NCBI GenBank assembly: GCA_051652765.1
Contig: JBOFUV010000049.1
Location: forward strand, 1-21,445
Direction: 5' to 3'
Source of the DNA: Microcoleaceae cyanobacterium
Lineage (GTDB): Bacteria; Cyanobacteriota; Cyanobacteriia; Cyanobacteriales; Microcoleaceae
Length of the DNA: 21,445 bases
Position 1 is the stretch's first letter, and each line of letters starts with the position of its first letter. The position numbers and the translations under genes were made by a program. Shown piece after piece: positions 7,314 through 17,380 of this stretch. The notes under the pieces are model-generated. The model was not told where the DNA came from, ran no database searches, and was given only the letters and a program-made list of their open reading frames with translations.

Positions 7314-9428
7314 CTATTGATCTGAAAATTGCTGTAATTTCCAAACTAAAATCTTGTGATTCAGGTCTCCACTAACTAGGGCTTGATTGTCAGAAGTAAA
7401 TTGAACTGGATGACAGCCTGATAATGTTGTCAGCAGTACTCCCAACCCCTTTTCTAGGTCTAAATTCCATAACTTAATCGTTCCATCTGAACTGCCACTC
7501 GCTAATAATGTGCCATTAGGACTAATTGCAACTGAACGAATAGGTTCAGTATGACCTGTTAATATTTTGAGCAATTCTCCTGTTTGAAAATTCCATAGTT
7601 TAATCGTGCGATCGCAGCTCCCGCTGACTAGAATTCGCTGATTTGGACTGAATGCTAAGGAGCAAATACTATCGGTATGCCCCCGTAATGTTTGCAGACT
7701 TTTAAAACATCCAAACCGCCAAAGCTTAATCAATCCATCCGCACCACCACTGGCAAACAAACTAGTGCAAGGCGAAGAATCAAGGTCGGCTTGTAGACAA
7801 TTGACACTAACTTTTGGATCGGCAAAAGTAATGCATAAAACAATATCAGAATGTTCATTTAAATGATATAAAAGTTCTCCATTCCGCTGATTCCAAACTT
7901 TGATCAGATGATCTGCACCTCCACTCACAACCAATTTCCCATCAGGGCTATAGGCCACTGCATAGACTTCACCGCATCGATGGCTATAGGGAGAACCAGA
8001 ATGGCTAAAAAACTGATCTGTCATTTTGCGAGCATTCAAATTCCAAGCCAAGATCGTACGGTCTAAACTGCCACTAATTAATCGCCAACCCTGAGGGTGA
8101 ATTGAGATAGATTTAACGCTGCTTTGATGTCTGAGAAATTGGTGTAAAAGTTGGCCTGTTTTCAAGTTCCAAAGTCGAATACTTTGATCAGTACTACCAC
8201 TAGCTAGAAGGTAACTATTAGGGCCAATTGCTATTGTTTCTATGGCGGCAGTATGACCTTCAAAGGTATTTGCAAGGTTACAGGTTACCGGAGATTCAGT
8301 TAACGCGATCTGAGAAGATGTTAAACGTTGAGACTGACTTAAACATGAGATTGCAACCTGAGAATCAGGAATTTCAGGTAATGCTAAAAGTGAAGGAGCT
8401 TCTCTAAGAGAGCGGCCTAAAAGTTGATAATCCGGAAGGTGATCAGAATAAGGCTTGTTTTCAGAGGCTTCAAGCCCAACAGATGCAATAATGTCTAAAG
8501 AGACAATTCCTTCAAACTTAGATGAACAGGTAGGTTGGCAGGACAGTTGTTGTAGATCGTGAAGAACTTCTGTTGCAGATTGATAGCGCTTTTTCACAGC
8601 ATCTTGTAGCAGCTTATCTAAAATTTTACCCAACTGATGACTGATGATTTGATGATCTGAGTCAAGATGTGATCGCCAAGTCAATTCTCCACTCAATGCA
8701 TCAAATAGCTCAGCCGGTGGAACTTGAGTGAGGAGATGTACACAAGTCATTCCTAAGCTATAAAGATCACTCGCTGGATAGGCTTTTCCTCCTCGAATTT
8801 GTTCCAGGGGGGCATAGCCAATGGTTCCGATCAGCGTTCCGGTTTTCGGATGGAAAATATCCTCATTATACTTGGCAATACCAAAGTCAACTAGAACTAA
8901 TTTCTCATCCGCTTTTCGACGAATAATATTTTCGGGCTTGAGATCTCGATGGATGACCTGATGCTGATGAATAAACTCTAAAACAGGCAGCAAATCTTTT
9001 AGCAGTTGAGTGATTTTAGCTTCATTAAAAACGCCTTCTATCTCTAGTTCTTGTAATAAGTTTTTGCCATCAACAAATTGTTGGACGAGATACCAAAAGC
9101 CATCCTGTTCACAAAAATTGATCAGAGCAGGAATTTGATCGTGACTTCCCAATTCCTGCAATCGAATTGCTTCTTGAGCAAACAATTCAGTTGCTTTTTT
9201 CAGGGAGGCTTTTGTTTGAATCTGAGGAGAAAATTGCTTCAGAACACAGGCTGTTTTATCCTGATTTTGAGCGATCGCCAAAAATGTGCGCCCCATTCCT
9301 CCACCACCGAGGAGTTGAATTGCGCGATATTGCCCTTTCACGGACAAACTCAACCCACAGCTTTTACAGTTGAAAGTTGCTTCAGGATTTTCGGGATGTC
9401 TACATTGAGGGTTAAGGCAATAGCTCAT
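7314..9428 (-). CDS. Ser/Thr protein kinase (Hanks type) with N-terminal 4-Cys motif and C-terminal 7x WD40
   Basis: MSYCLNPQC...CKSCG, LGGGGMGRT, VLKQF, HRDLKPEN, DFG and GYAPLEQ, followed by seven WD-type repeats. Confidence 0.95.
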   Translation of the reverse strand: MSYCLNPQCRHPENPEATFNCKSCGLSLSVKGQYRAIQLLGGGGMGRTFLAIAQNQDKTACVLKQFSPQIQTKASLKKATELFAQEAIRLQELGSHDQIPALINFCEQDGFWYLVQQFVDGKNLLQELEIEGVFNEAKITQLLKDLLPVLEFIHQHQVIHRDLKPENIIRRKADEKLVLVDFGIAKYNEDIFHPKTGTLIGTIGYAPLEQIRGGKAYPASDLYSLGMTCVHLLTQVPPAELFDALSGELTWRSHLDSDHQIISHQLGKILDKLLQDAVKKRYQSATEVLHDLQQLSCQPTCSSKFEGIVSLDIIASVGLEASENKPYSDHLPDYQLLGRSLREAPSLLALPEIPDSQVAISCLSQSQRLTSSQIALTESPVTCNLANTFEGHTAAIETIAIGPNSYLLASGSTDQSIRLWNLKTGQLLHQFLRHQSSVKSISIHPQGWRLISGSLDRTILAWNLNARKMTDQFFSHSGSPYSHRCGEVYAVAYSPDGKLVVSGGADHLIKVWNQRNGELLYHLNEHSDIVLCITFADPKVSVNCLQADLDSSPCTSLFASGGADGLIKLWRFGCFKSLQTLRGHTDSICSLAFSPNQRILVSGSCDRTIKLWNFQTGELLKILTGHTEPIRSVAISPNGTLLASGSSDGTIKLWNLDLEKGLGVLLTTLSGCHPVQFTSDNQALVSGDLNHKILVWKLQQFSDQ

Positions 9429-9594
9429 AGTAGCAGAGTGGGTGGGTTGAATGCCGAAGCTTGTATCCCACTTTTATTGTTACTGGGTTCAAAGGTTCTG
9501 GTAGAATTGGAAAATCATTGAAGGAGAGATTTTAAGACTAGCACATCGATTTTTTAACTTTGTTTAAATCAATACAAAAAAAGCAAATCAAGAT

Positions 9595-9888
9595 TTACTC
9601 AGCAGAGGGTTGATTTAAAATTGCTTGTCTGAAGCCTAAAACAACCAAGATATTTGACAGGGTGAGAAAAGCTTCAGCACTGCCATGTAACCAATCTATA
9701 TTAGCAAGGGCTTCATGATAGTAAACTTGGGCATAAATTCCAGCAGGAATTGTCACCGCAACAAACACTAAGGTTCCATAAAACCCAATTAATGCCAAAC
9801 GCGGAGTCTGCCCTGAACGGGTCAGAAACCACAAAAAACCCAGATAAGGGAATAAAGAAATCGCAAACAAAGTTTCTTTAGAAAGCAT
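9595..9888 (-). CDS. DUF3593 family small membrane protein
   Basis: LFAISLFPYLGFLWFL and LANIDWLHGSAEAFLTLSN; customarily paired with DUF2499. Confidence 0.85.
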   Translation of the reverse strand: MLSKETLFAISLFPYLGFLWFLTRSGQTPRLALIGFYGTLVFVAVTIPAGIYAQVYYHEALANIDWLHGSAEAFLTLSNILVVLGFRQAILNQPSAE

Positions 9889-9941
9889 AGTCTTTAATAT
9901 TAAGTTTTCAGTCTTAAATTCTAAACCTTAAACATCAATTT

Positions 9942-10247
9942 CTAATTCTTAACGACCTGAGCTGTTCGCCAAATCCACCAAGCCGCAAGACATAAGGTAA
10001 AGTTCCCCAGAACCGTCATTGCTGCCTGTAAGGTCACTAGCCATTCTAAAGCACCAGGATTATCAAAATAGTGCCAAGTACAAGCGCACATTGCACTCAC
10101 TAATGCGGGTAACATTGCAAATGACAAACCCCACCAAGCCCGATTTTGGGTGATTTCTCCATAGCGCCAGATGAACCAAATCGCCGCAATCCACTCGATC
10201 ACACTTGAAATATGGATAATCCAGGTTGGAATTGATAAAACTTGCAT
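9942..10247 (-). CDS. ycf49: DUF2499 / Ycf49-like membrane protein
   Basis: LSIPTWIIHISSVIEW and SAMCACTWHYFDN motifs. Confidence 0.85.
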   Translation of the reverse strand: MQVLSIPTWIIHISSVIEWIAAIWFIWRYGEITQNRAWWGLSFAMLPALVSAMCACTWHYFDNPGALEWLVTLQAAMTVLGNFTLCLAAWWIWRTAQVVKN

Positions 10248-10373
10248 TGTTAACTCCTAGTTCAGTTAAATCGAGTTATGACAATTATTTACACCCCCTA
10301 ACTAATTTGTTGCTGTTCCTTTAACATTTACTTTAACACTATAGTTTCAGCCAACAAACTAGAAAGAATTAGT

Positions 10374-11408
10374 ATGAAGCGAGTCATTTGCAGTGGTTAC
10401 TATGGCCAAGGGAATGCTGGTGATGAGGCATTGCTGGCATCGTTGCTGCAAATGCTCCCGTCAACAGTAGAACCGATTGTCCTGTCTGGCACTCCCCAGA
10501 AAACTCAAGCCCAATATCAAGTTGAAACCTGCGATCGCAAAAATGCCCTAGAAATCTTCCAAGCTATTCGTCGAGCAGATACCCTGATCTGGGGAGGAGG
10601 TAGCCTGATGCAAGACGTTACCAGTGCCCTGAGTCCTTTCTACTACGCTGGATTGATCGGATTTGCCCAACAACAAGGGTTAAAGACCATTGCCTGGGCC
10701 CAGGGAATTGGCCCCTTGAACCGCAGAACAACCCGATGGATGGCGCGGCGTGCCTTTGCAGGATGTAATGTTGTCAGCGTGCGGGATCAAAAATCCGCTG
10801 AGTTGCTGACGGATTGGCAAGTGCCTTTTACCCTTGCTCCTGATCCAGTATGGGCCTTGGAGTCGAGATCGGTACCGGGGTTAGGCGATCTCCATGCCCC
10901 AAGGGTTGCCCTAGCCTTGAGATCCCATCCTCAACTCAACTCCCAACGATTGGGGGCTTTAATTCAAGCGTTAAAGTCCTTTCAAAAGGCGACGGATACT
11001 TTTATTCTTTTAGTTCCATTTCAACCGACTCAGGACACCGCGATCGCCCAACTGATCCATAAAATTCTGCCCAATCACAGCCAAATTGTTACCCTGGATG
11101 ATCCTCGAATGCTCAAAGGCTTGTTTCAGGGCGTGGAAATGGTGATTGGAATGCGATACCACAGCTTAATCATGGCAGCAGCAGAACAATGTCGGTGCTT
11201 TGCAATCAGTTATGACCCCAAGGTGACTCAGTTGATGCAAGAACTGGACTTGCCGGGATGGGAGGTGGAGCAACTGCCAGAGGATGCTAATGTGATCAGC
11301 ACGGCTTGGCTAGAACACTATGCCAACGGGGAAGCCCTTTCCCCCGCTAAGATAGAGTTTTTAGTTGATCGAGCAAAAATGCACCAAGAACTTCTGGATT
11401 GGTCATAG
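10374..11408 (+). CDS. csaB: Polysaccharide pyruvyl transferase CsaB
   Basis: GYYGQGNAGDEA, GGGSLMQD, AQGIGP, SVRD, GMRYH and SYDPKV motifs. Confidence 0.92.
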   Translation: MKRVICSGYYGQGNAGDEALLASLLQMLPSTVEPIVLSGTPQKTQAQYQVETCDRKNALEIFQAIRRADTLIWGGGSLMQDVTSALSPFYYAGLIGFAQQQGLKTIAWAQGIGPLNRRTTRWMARRAFAGCNVVSVRDQKSAELLTDWQVPFTLAPDPVWALESRSVPGLGDLHAPRVALALRSHPQLNSQRLGALIQALKSFQKATDTFILLVPFQPTQDTAIAQLIHKILPNHSQIVTLDDPRMLKGLFQGVEMVIGMRYHSLIMAAAEQCRCFAISYDPKVTQLMQELDLPGWEVEQLPEDANVISTAWLEHYANGEALSPAKIEFLVDRAKMHQELLDWS

Positions 11409-11483
11409 CAATCTTGTGTGATGAGTCATGCCTAATGACTTAGATGGTTCCATTAAGTTTTTCATGATTTAGGAGGGCATTCC

Positions 11484-12167
11484 TTGGGACGAGTTCGAGT
11501 CCGTCAACACGTTAATCCCCTGGCACGTAAGTTTCAAGACCCAGTTAAACTTCCAGATTGGACGGGAATTTATGCTGATTTAAGCCAATCGCTACATATT
11601 GATATTGGCTGTGGACGGGGTAGAATGCTCTGGAATCTGGCACAAGTTGAGCCTACCTGGAATTTCTTAGGTTTAGAAATCCGAGAACCGCTCGTGATGG
11701 AAGCTAACCAATGGAGAGATGAAAAACACCTTAAAAATTTGCATTACTTATTCTGTAATGTAAATCACTCTCTCCCAGAAGTTTTAGCCTCTTTTCCTCA
11801 ACGTTGCTTACAACGAGTCAGCATTCTTTGCCCCGATCCCTGGTTTAAAAACCGCCACCATCGTCGTCGAGTCGTTCAATCCGAATTGGTTGAAATCCTG
11901 GCTAGCCATCTCATGCCGGGAGGCGATGTATTTTTGCAATCAGATGTAAAAGAAGTTGCCGAGGAAATGTGCGATCGCTTCTCGGAACATTCTGCCTTCC
12001 AACGTCTTGGGGAAACCTGGTTGCCGGAAAATCCCCTACCCATTTCTTCAGAACGGGAACGTGCTACCCTATCTCGTGGTGAACCCGTGTATCGAGCTTT
12101 ATTTCAAACAAAGTTTGAAACTTTGCTTGAAACTTTACCTGAAACTTTGCTTGAAACAAAGTTTTAA
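11484..12167 (+). CDS. trmB: tRNA (guanine-N7)-methyltransferase
   Basis: [29 protein letters not shown] and LQSD motifs; TTG start with AGGAGG at 11471-11476. Confidence 0.95.
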   Translation: MGRVRVRQHVNPLARKFQDPVKLPDWTGIYADLSQSLHIDIGCGRGRMLWNLAQVEPTWNFLGLEIREPLVMEANQWRDEKHLKNLHYLFCNVNHSLPEVLASFPQRCLQRVSILCPDPWFKNRHHRRRVVQSELVEILASHLMPGGDVFLQSDVKEVAEEMCDRFSEHSAFQRLGETWLPENPLPISSERERATLSRGEPVYRALFQTKFETLLETLPETLLETKF

Positions 12168-12185
12168 ACTGTGTTCAGAACTTTG
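12102..12185 (+). repeat. Seven degenerate 12-bp tandem repeats across the trmB stop codon
   Basis: TTTCAAACAAAG / TTTGAAACTTTG / CTTGAAACTTTA / CCTGAAACTTTG / CTTGAAACAAAG / TTTTAAACTGTG / TTCAGAACTTTG. Confidence 0.85.
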
Positions 12186-12208
12186 TTTGAGAAACAACAA
12201 CATCAGTT

Positions 12209-13216
12209 ATGACCAAACCAGTTATGACCAAACTGTCTGATTCTCCCGCCCCTCTCGCTCCATCAAATCTTGTTCAAAACGATACTTCCTGGCTGTATTC
12301 CCTGTGGAAATTCTCTCGACCTCATACGATTATTGGCACTTCTTTAAGTGTTTTAGGATTGTCTTTGATTGCCTTGAGTTCAAGGGTTCAAAACTGGCAA
12401 AATCACCCATCAATTCTAGAGAGTTTGATTGCCGTAACCATGGCAGGGTTAACGTGCCTCTTGGGAAATCTTTACATTGTGGGATTAAACCAACTCGAAG
12501 ATATTGAAATTGATCGGATTAATAAACCTCATTTGCCTTTAGCTTCTGGTGAATACTCTAACCGTCAAGCTCAGATTATTGTTGGTGTTGCAGGCATTCT
12601 TGGGGTTATACTAGCTGCAACTCAAGGGCCGTTTTTACTCGCAACTATTGGGCTTAGTTTGGTGATTGGTACAGCCTATTCTCTCCCGCCAATTCGGTTG
12701 AAACGATTTCCTTTTTGGGCAGCATTTTGTATTTTAACCGTTCGGGGTGTTGTAGTTAATCTGGGATTATTCTTACACTTTGATTGGATATTTTCGGGCA
12801 GAGATCCAGACTATAGTCCAATGTTTCCCCCGGAAGTTTGGATACTAACCCTATTCGTTTTAATCTTTACCGTTGCGATCGCCATCTTCAAAGATATTCC
12901 TGATTTAGAGGGCGATCGCCAATACAATATTTCGACTTTAACGATTCGAGTGGGAACTGTTGCAGTCTTCAATCTGACTAGATGGGTTTTGGCCGCGTGT
13001 TACCTAGGAATCATTCTTTTAGGAATTGTCTTTGATTCTTCTATCCAACCTTTACTGTTAATTACAACTCATGGTCTTGCCTTGGGTTTAATGGGGTGGC
13101 GAAGTAGACAGGTTGATTTAGAGAATAAGGCTTCGATCTCTAGTTTTTATCAGTTTATTTGGAAACTGTTTTTTCTTGAATATTTAATGTTTCCAATTCT
13201 TTGTTTGCTGCCGTAA
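12209..13216 (+). CDS. hpt: Homogentisate phytyltransferase (UbiA family, Slr1736-like)
   Basis: FSRPHTIIGT, NQLEDIEIDRINKPHLPLASG, FKDIPDLEGD and FYQFIWKLFFLEY. Alternative start at 12224. Confidence 0.93.
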   Translation: MTKPVMTKLSDSPAPLAPSNLVQNDTSWLYSLWKFSRPHTIIGTSLSVLGLSLIALSSRVQNWQNHPSILESLIAVTMAGLTCLLGNLYIVGLNQLEDIEIDRINKPHLPLASGEYSNRQAQIIVGVAGILGVILAATQGPFLLATIGLSLVIGTAYSLPPIRLKRFPFWAAFCILTVRGVVVNLGLFLHFDWIFSGRDPDYSPMFPPEVWILTLFVLIFTVAIAIFKDIPDLEGDRQYNISTLTIRVGTVAVFNLTRWVLAACYLGIILLGIVFDSSIQPLLLITTHGLALGLMGWRSRQVDLENKASISSFYQFIWKLFFLEYLMFPILCLLP

Positions 13217-13292
13217 TCTCAATCTGAATTTTTAAAGCCCCCAAAACTCAAATTCTGAGGGTCGAAAAGTGCGGATGGCCAAAAGAGTTACA

Positions 13293-15584
13293 TCACGAGT
13301 AAGCATAATAGCGATTTTCCCGCTTGTCGCCATTGGCAATCATCCCCAAGACTGGAACTCCTGCCATCTGAATCTCCCTTAAGGCCAGATCAACCGCTTG
13401 TCGGTCAGTTTTTCCAACGCCAATCACCATCATTAACCCATTCGTATGGGGCGCAAGTAAGTTGGCATCTGCCAGACCCAGGAGTGGAGCGGTATCGTAG
13501 ATGATCAAATCAAACAGTTCATAGAACTTCTGCATGAGTTCCTGCATCAGGGTTGAGGAAAGCAACCGAGTCGGATCAGCCGTGATTTGTCCCGCAGTCA
13601 GAACCCAAAGGTTCTCATCAGCAGGCGATCGCTGGATTACCTCCCCGATTTCTAAGGTTGCATCGGCGGCGAGTTCCCCCAATCCTCGTTCATTGGGGAG
13701 ACCCAACACTTTATGAAGTTTCGGGTAACGCAGGTCAGCATCCACTAAGAGCACCTTTTGTCCCAAGGCAGCGGCACCTTTTGCCAGGTTCAGGGCAACG
13801 GTAGACTTGCCATCAGCAGGGGTTGCCGAACTTATGACACAAGATCGAATGGGAAATTCAGGGTTGAGTCGTCTCAAGTTAGTACTCAGGGAGCGAAATG
13901 CTTCTTGAAAAGGACTACAGGGAGTTTGGGATTCCTGGGCCATTTTCAACTGGGGTCGTAGGGTTGCTGGCAACAGGAGCGCTTCATCACTGACTGGAAT
14001 CACGCCCAACAGCGGCAGGGGAATGGTTTCAGTTGCTTCATCCGTGGTGTGGAAGACGTTGTTTGACCGCTCTAGCAGTTGGGCTGCCATCACCCCCAAT
14101 CCCAACCCAGCTAGGCTTCCTAAGGCAAGATTGAGGGGCCAATGGGGAGATACGGCAATTAGCTCGCCTTGACGGTTCTGGGGAATAGTCGGAGCGGCAA
14201 TTAATTCCCAGGGTTCCTCCGGTTTAGGCTCGACCTCTAGGGCCAACTCTTGGCGTTTGAGGGTGAGATCGTTCAGGCGTTGACTCACAGACTCCAACTC
14301 TTTCTCTAACATCCTGTGTTGGTAGGCGATCGCTGGAAAAGCCTGAACCTCTTGATTCAGTCGTCCAGCCGCCTGCTCCAGCACTTGCCCACGCACCTCC
14401 AACATTTGAATCGTGTTGGCCGTAGTCACCAGATCCTCGGTCAACTTGGTTCGGATTGAGTCCTGAAACTTAAGTACCATTGGATTGATCGATCCGGCTT
14501 CCTGTCCTAAAACCTGTTTAGCTTCTTGTTGGAGCAGGGGCAATAGTTGTGCTCGCTGATCTAGGAGTGCTTGAATTTGAGGGGCTTTTGGGGTAAAGCG
14601 AGAAGACTCAATGGCAACATTGGTTTCGACTTCCAAAAGTTTTTCCAACAGGGCTTGGTAGCGAGGGGATTGGGTCAAGGCAGAGGCTAACATGGCCTGT
14701 TCAGGACTGAGGCCCAACTGCTTTTGGAGCATGGCATATTGGGCTTGATGTTGCTGAAGCTGGGCTTGGGTTTCCAATTGCTCGGATTGAACTTGCCCCA
14801 ACTGCTCTGTCAGTTGCTTTGTTTTGATCTCAGGGGTGACGAAGGTGTGAGTCTGCTGCAGCCTGAGCAATTCCTGGCGAACCGCTTCAGTTCTGGCCTG
14901 TAAGGGACTGATTTCCTTTTCGATGCGCTGGATGCGTTCTTGGGTGAAGGAAACAACCTGGGCAGTTTGAATACTGTAGTTGACGTAACCTTGCGCGATT
15001 TGTGCGAGAACAAACTGAATTTTTTCGGGATCAGAGTCTCGATAGGTGACTTCAAGAATTCGGGTTCCAGGAATGAGCTGAATGGAGAGTTTGTCCGGCT
15101 CCAATCGGGTTTGACCCAGGGTTTGATTAAACAAAGAACTGTACTGCAATTCAGGATAACGGGCTTGAATGGAGGCAATAATCTCCGTCATCACTTTTGG
15201 ACTTTCAAGTCGTTTCAGTTCAGACCGATTATCAATGTTTTGATCGCGATTTTGATCCCGATTTTGATCCTGGGGTCGAGCTGCTTGTTCAGGTAAATTC
15301 TCTGCGGCTGGAGTGGGATCAATAAAGAGTTGGAACGACCCTTTGTATTCTGGCGTTTGATAGGTTGTCCAGTTATAGGCCGCTGCCGTTGTTGCTGCCG
15401 TTATTCCTAAAATTAGAATCCCTCGGCGACAGATTCCTCGCCAAAACTGACTGCGTCCCCTCGACTGAACCCGTTTAGAAACGGGAGGGATAAACCCACT
15501 TCTAAAATTGAGTGGATAGGCGGGAATTACGTCTTGATCTGGAGTGGAGTAAAGGGAAAGTGGATTTGTTTTTTCGGTTTCCAT
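13293..15584 (-). CDS. wzc: Wzc/GumC polysaccharide co-polymerase with tyrosine autokinase domain
   Basis: Two TM segments around a coiled-coil region; Walker A ADGKST, A' LLVDADLR, B IIYDTAP; C-terminal Tyr cluster RYYAYS. Confidence 0.92.
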   Translation of the reverse strand: METEKTNPLSLYSTPDQDVIPAYPLNFRSGFIPPVSKRVQSRGRSQFWRGICRRGILILGITAATTAAAYNWTTYQTPEYKGSFQLFIDPTPAAENLPEQAARPQDQNRDQNRDQNIDNRSELKRLESPKVMTEIIASIQARYPELQYSSLFNQTLGQTRLEPDKLSIQLIPGTRILEVTYRDSDPEKIQFVLAQIAQGYVNYSIQTAQVVSFTQERIQRIEKEISPLQARTEAVRQELLRLQQTHTFVTPEIKTKQLTEQLGQVQSEQLETQAQLQQHQAQYAMLQKQLGLSPEQAMLASALTQSPRYQALLEKLLEVETNVAIESSRFTPKAPQIQALLDQRAQLLPLLQQEAKQVLGQEAGSINPMVLKFQDSIRTKLTEDLVTTANTIQMLEVRGQVLEQAAGRLNQEVQAFPAIAYQHRMLEKELESVSQRLNDLTLKRQELALEVEPKPEEPWELIAAPTIPQNRQGELIAVSPHWPLNLALGSLAGLGLGVMAAQLLERSNNVFHTTDEATETIPLPLLGVIPVSDEALLLPATLRPQLKMAQESQTPCSPFQEAFRSLSTNLRRLNPEFPIRSCVISSATPADGKSTVALNLAKGAAALGQKVLLVDADLRYPKLHKVLGLPNERGLGELAADATLEIGEVIQRSPADENLWVLTAGQITADPTRLLSSTLMQELMQKFYELFDLIIYDTAPLLGLADANLLAPHTNGLMMVIGVGKTDRQAVDLALREIQMAGVPVLGMIANGDKRENRYYAYS

Positions 15585-15646
15585 GGTAATAAGTTGAGGT
15601 CAAGCTAAATCTGTCGAGGAGATTACACAAAAATTAACGCCCAGTC

Positions 15647-17230
15647 TTAGTTAAAAATCCCAACAAACCTTAAGATGCCTAAGACTCCGTTGAAGGGACT
15701 GATGTTACTCAAAACGCCACCAAAACCGTCCCTAAAAGCTGCACTACCCGAACGACCCACAAGCACCACATCATTATGGCGTAGAACGGGATTGGTCTGG
15801 TCATTGACTTGGGCAGAGAAATTCACTGAGATTTTCCGGCGAGCAACGGTTCCATCGGGATTCAGGCGAATCAGTTCGACTTCCTCGGTTTTGGCCCTGG
15901 CTTCATTGAACCCTCCGGCGACCCCCAGGGCCTGGTTTAAAGCCGTGTTGGGCGGAACCTCCACTGGCCCTGGTCGCATGACTTCCCCCACAATACTCAC
16001 TTGAATCGTATCAGGAGAGAAGCTGGCCATGGAGACATCTTCTGACTGACTCAAGTCTGAATTGCTCGCCACCGGAATCACAATTGTATCTCCCTGCTGA
16101 AGCACAACATCTTGAGTTAAGTCTCCGTCCTGTAAGAGCTTCCAGAGATCAACCGAGATCACCTGTTCTGTGCCTGTCCGGCTCAACCGACGAACCTCAA
16201 TTTTACGGATATCCGCCGTTTGAGTAATACCGCCAGCGGTTTTGATGGCTCGAGTCACCGTAAACACGCCCATGCCCTCTGCTGAAGCCTGAGACAATTG
16301 GGGATTGCCTTGAGGATTTCCCGATTGTCCAGGGATTCCTGCGTCTGGAGCCAAGGTGTGAGTGCCTGGACGATTTATCTCTCCGACAACAGCAACACTA
16401 ATGGGCTGAGTCGTGCTACTGGCAAAGTTGGCCGCCGCCAGTTGCCGAACTTCCGTCCGGTTTAAATCGGTTACGGTTGGGATATAAATCATGTCTCCAT
16501 CCCGCAGGGCAATATCTTGCCGCAGATCCCCACTTTGGAGCAGTTCCCACAGATCAACACCCACGACCTGTTCCGTTGCCCCAGGTTGTTGTCGCCGCAC
16601 CTTAACCTGTCGTACATCAGCTAGGGGAGTTACGCCGCCAGCCATCTGAAGTAGCTGAGTCACCGTAGGAAACTGTAAGCCACTGGCAGGTTGGGTCAAT
16701 CCAACTAGAGCTGGATTTCCGCCGTTAGCTCCGGAAAACGTATAGGCCCCAGGACGCTGAACTTCCCCAGCAATAGCAACTTGGATCGGACGGACAGACA
16801 GTAGGGTTAAGGTAACGAGGGGACGTTGTAAATATTCTGCATATCGGGTTTCAATAGTTTTTTTAACCTGATCCAGGGTCAGCCCTCGCACGGGGACACT
16901 ACCAATTAACGGTAAATTAATCGCGCCATCTACAGAGACCTGATGTTGACCATTGGGGCCACTATATTCAGGCACATTGAAAACATCAAGTTGTAAGCGA
17001 TCGCCTACGCCCAAAACATAGGCTTCGGAACTCGCTGGGGGAACTAAAACAGGAGCCGAGGTTTGCGGTGGCGGCGGCATAACCCCAGGAGGAGGGGGCA
17101 GAAACTGAGCTTGGGCAGGTAGACTGCTTCCTATCATGATCCCGATCCCAAAGACGGAGAAAACTCCCCCAGTTCCAAGCCGACTAAACTTAAACACAGA
17201 TTTGCCTTTGTAAACAGTCAGTTGCTTCAT
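15647..17230 (-). CDS. wza: Wza-like polysaccharide export protein with SLBB domains
   Basis: YVLGVGDRL, DGAINLPLIG and three GEV/I-x-RPG...AGG repeats. ATG at 17230 is preferred over GTG at 17305. Signal peptide probably ends at AQA, followed by a Pro-rich linker. Confidence 0.9.
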   Translation of the reverse strand: MKQLTVYKGKSVFKFSRLGTGGVFSVFGIGIMIGSSLPAQAQFLPPPPGVMPPPPQTSAPVLVPPASSEAYVLGVGDRLQLDVFNVPEYSGPNGQHQVSVDGAINLPLIGSVPVRGLTLDQVKKTIETRYAEYLQRPLVTLTLLSVRPIQVAIAGEVQRPGAYTFSGANGGNPALVGLTQPASGLQFPTVTQLLQMAGGVTPLADVRQVKVRRQQPGATEQVVGVDLWELLQSGDLRQDIALRDGDMIYIPTVTDLNRTEVRQLAAANFASSTTQPISVAVVGEINRPGTHTLAPDAGIPGQSGNPQGNPQLSQASAEGMGVFTVTRAIKTAGGITQTADIRKIEVRRLSRTGTEQVISVDLWKLLQDGDLTQDVVLQQGDTIVIPVASNSDLSQSEDVSMASFSPDTIQVSIVGEVMRPGPVEVPPNTALNQALGVAGGFNEARAKTEEVELIRLNPDGTVARRKISVNFSAQVNDQTNPVLRHNDVVLVGRSGSAAFRDGFGGVLSNISPFNGVLGILRFVGIFN

Positions 17231-17380
17231 GCTCTGCAATGAGTCAATTTTCACTTCGGCTGATGGGTTGAACCTGTTCCAGTTCGTAGAAAAACAGCGC
17301 TGCACCCCTTGACCCTTGAATGGAATGACTGGATCGGGTATTAACTTTACCTATTCCAATCTAGCCTACTTTTTTACTGG

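Noticed and set aside
9078..9521. 147-aa plus-strand ORF and other short overlapping ORFs (e.g. 11956-12240, 14810-15178, 14940-15296, 15675-16004, 19529-19753, 19540-19722, 20117-20350)
   Set aside because: These are antisense or off-frame shadows of well-supported genes, with no motifs.
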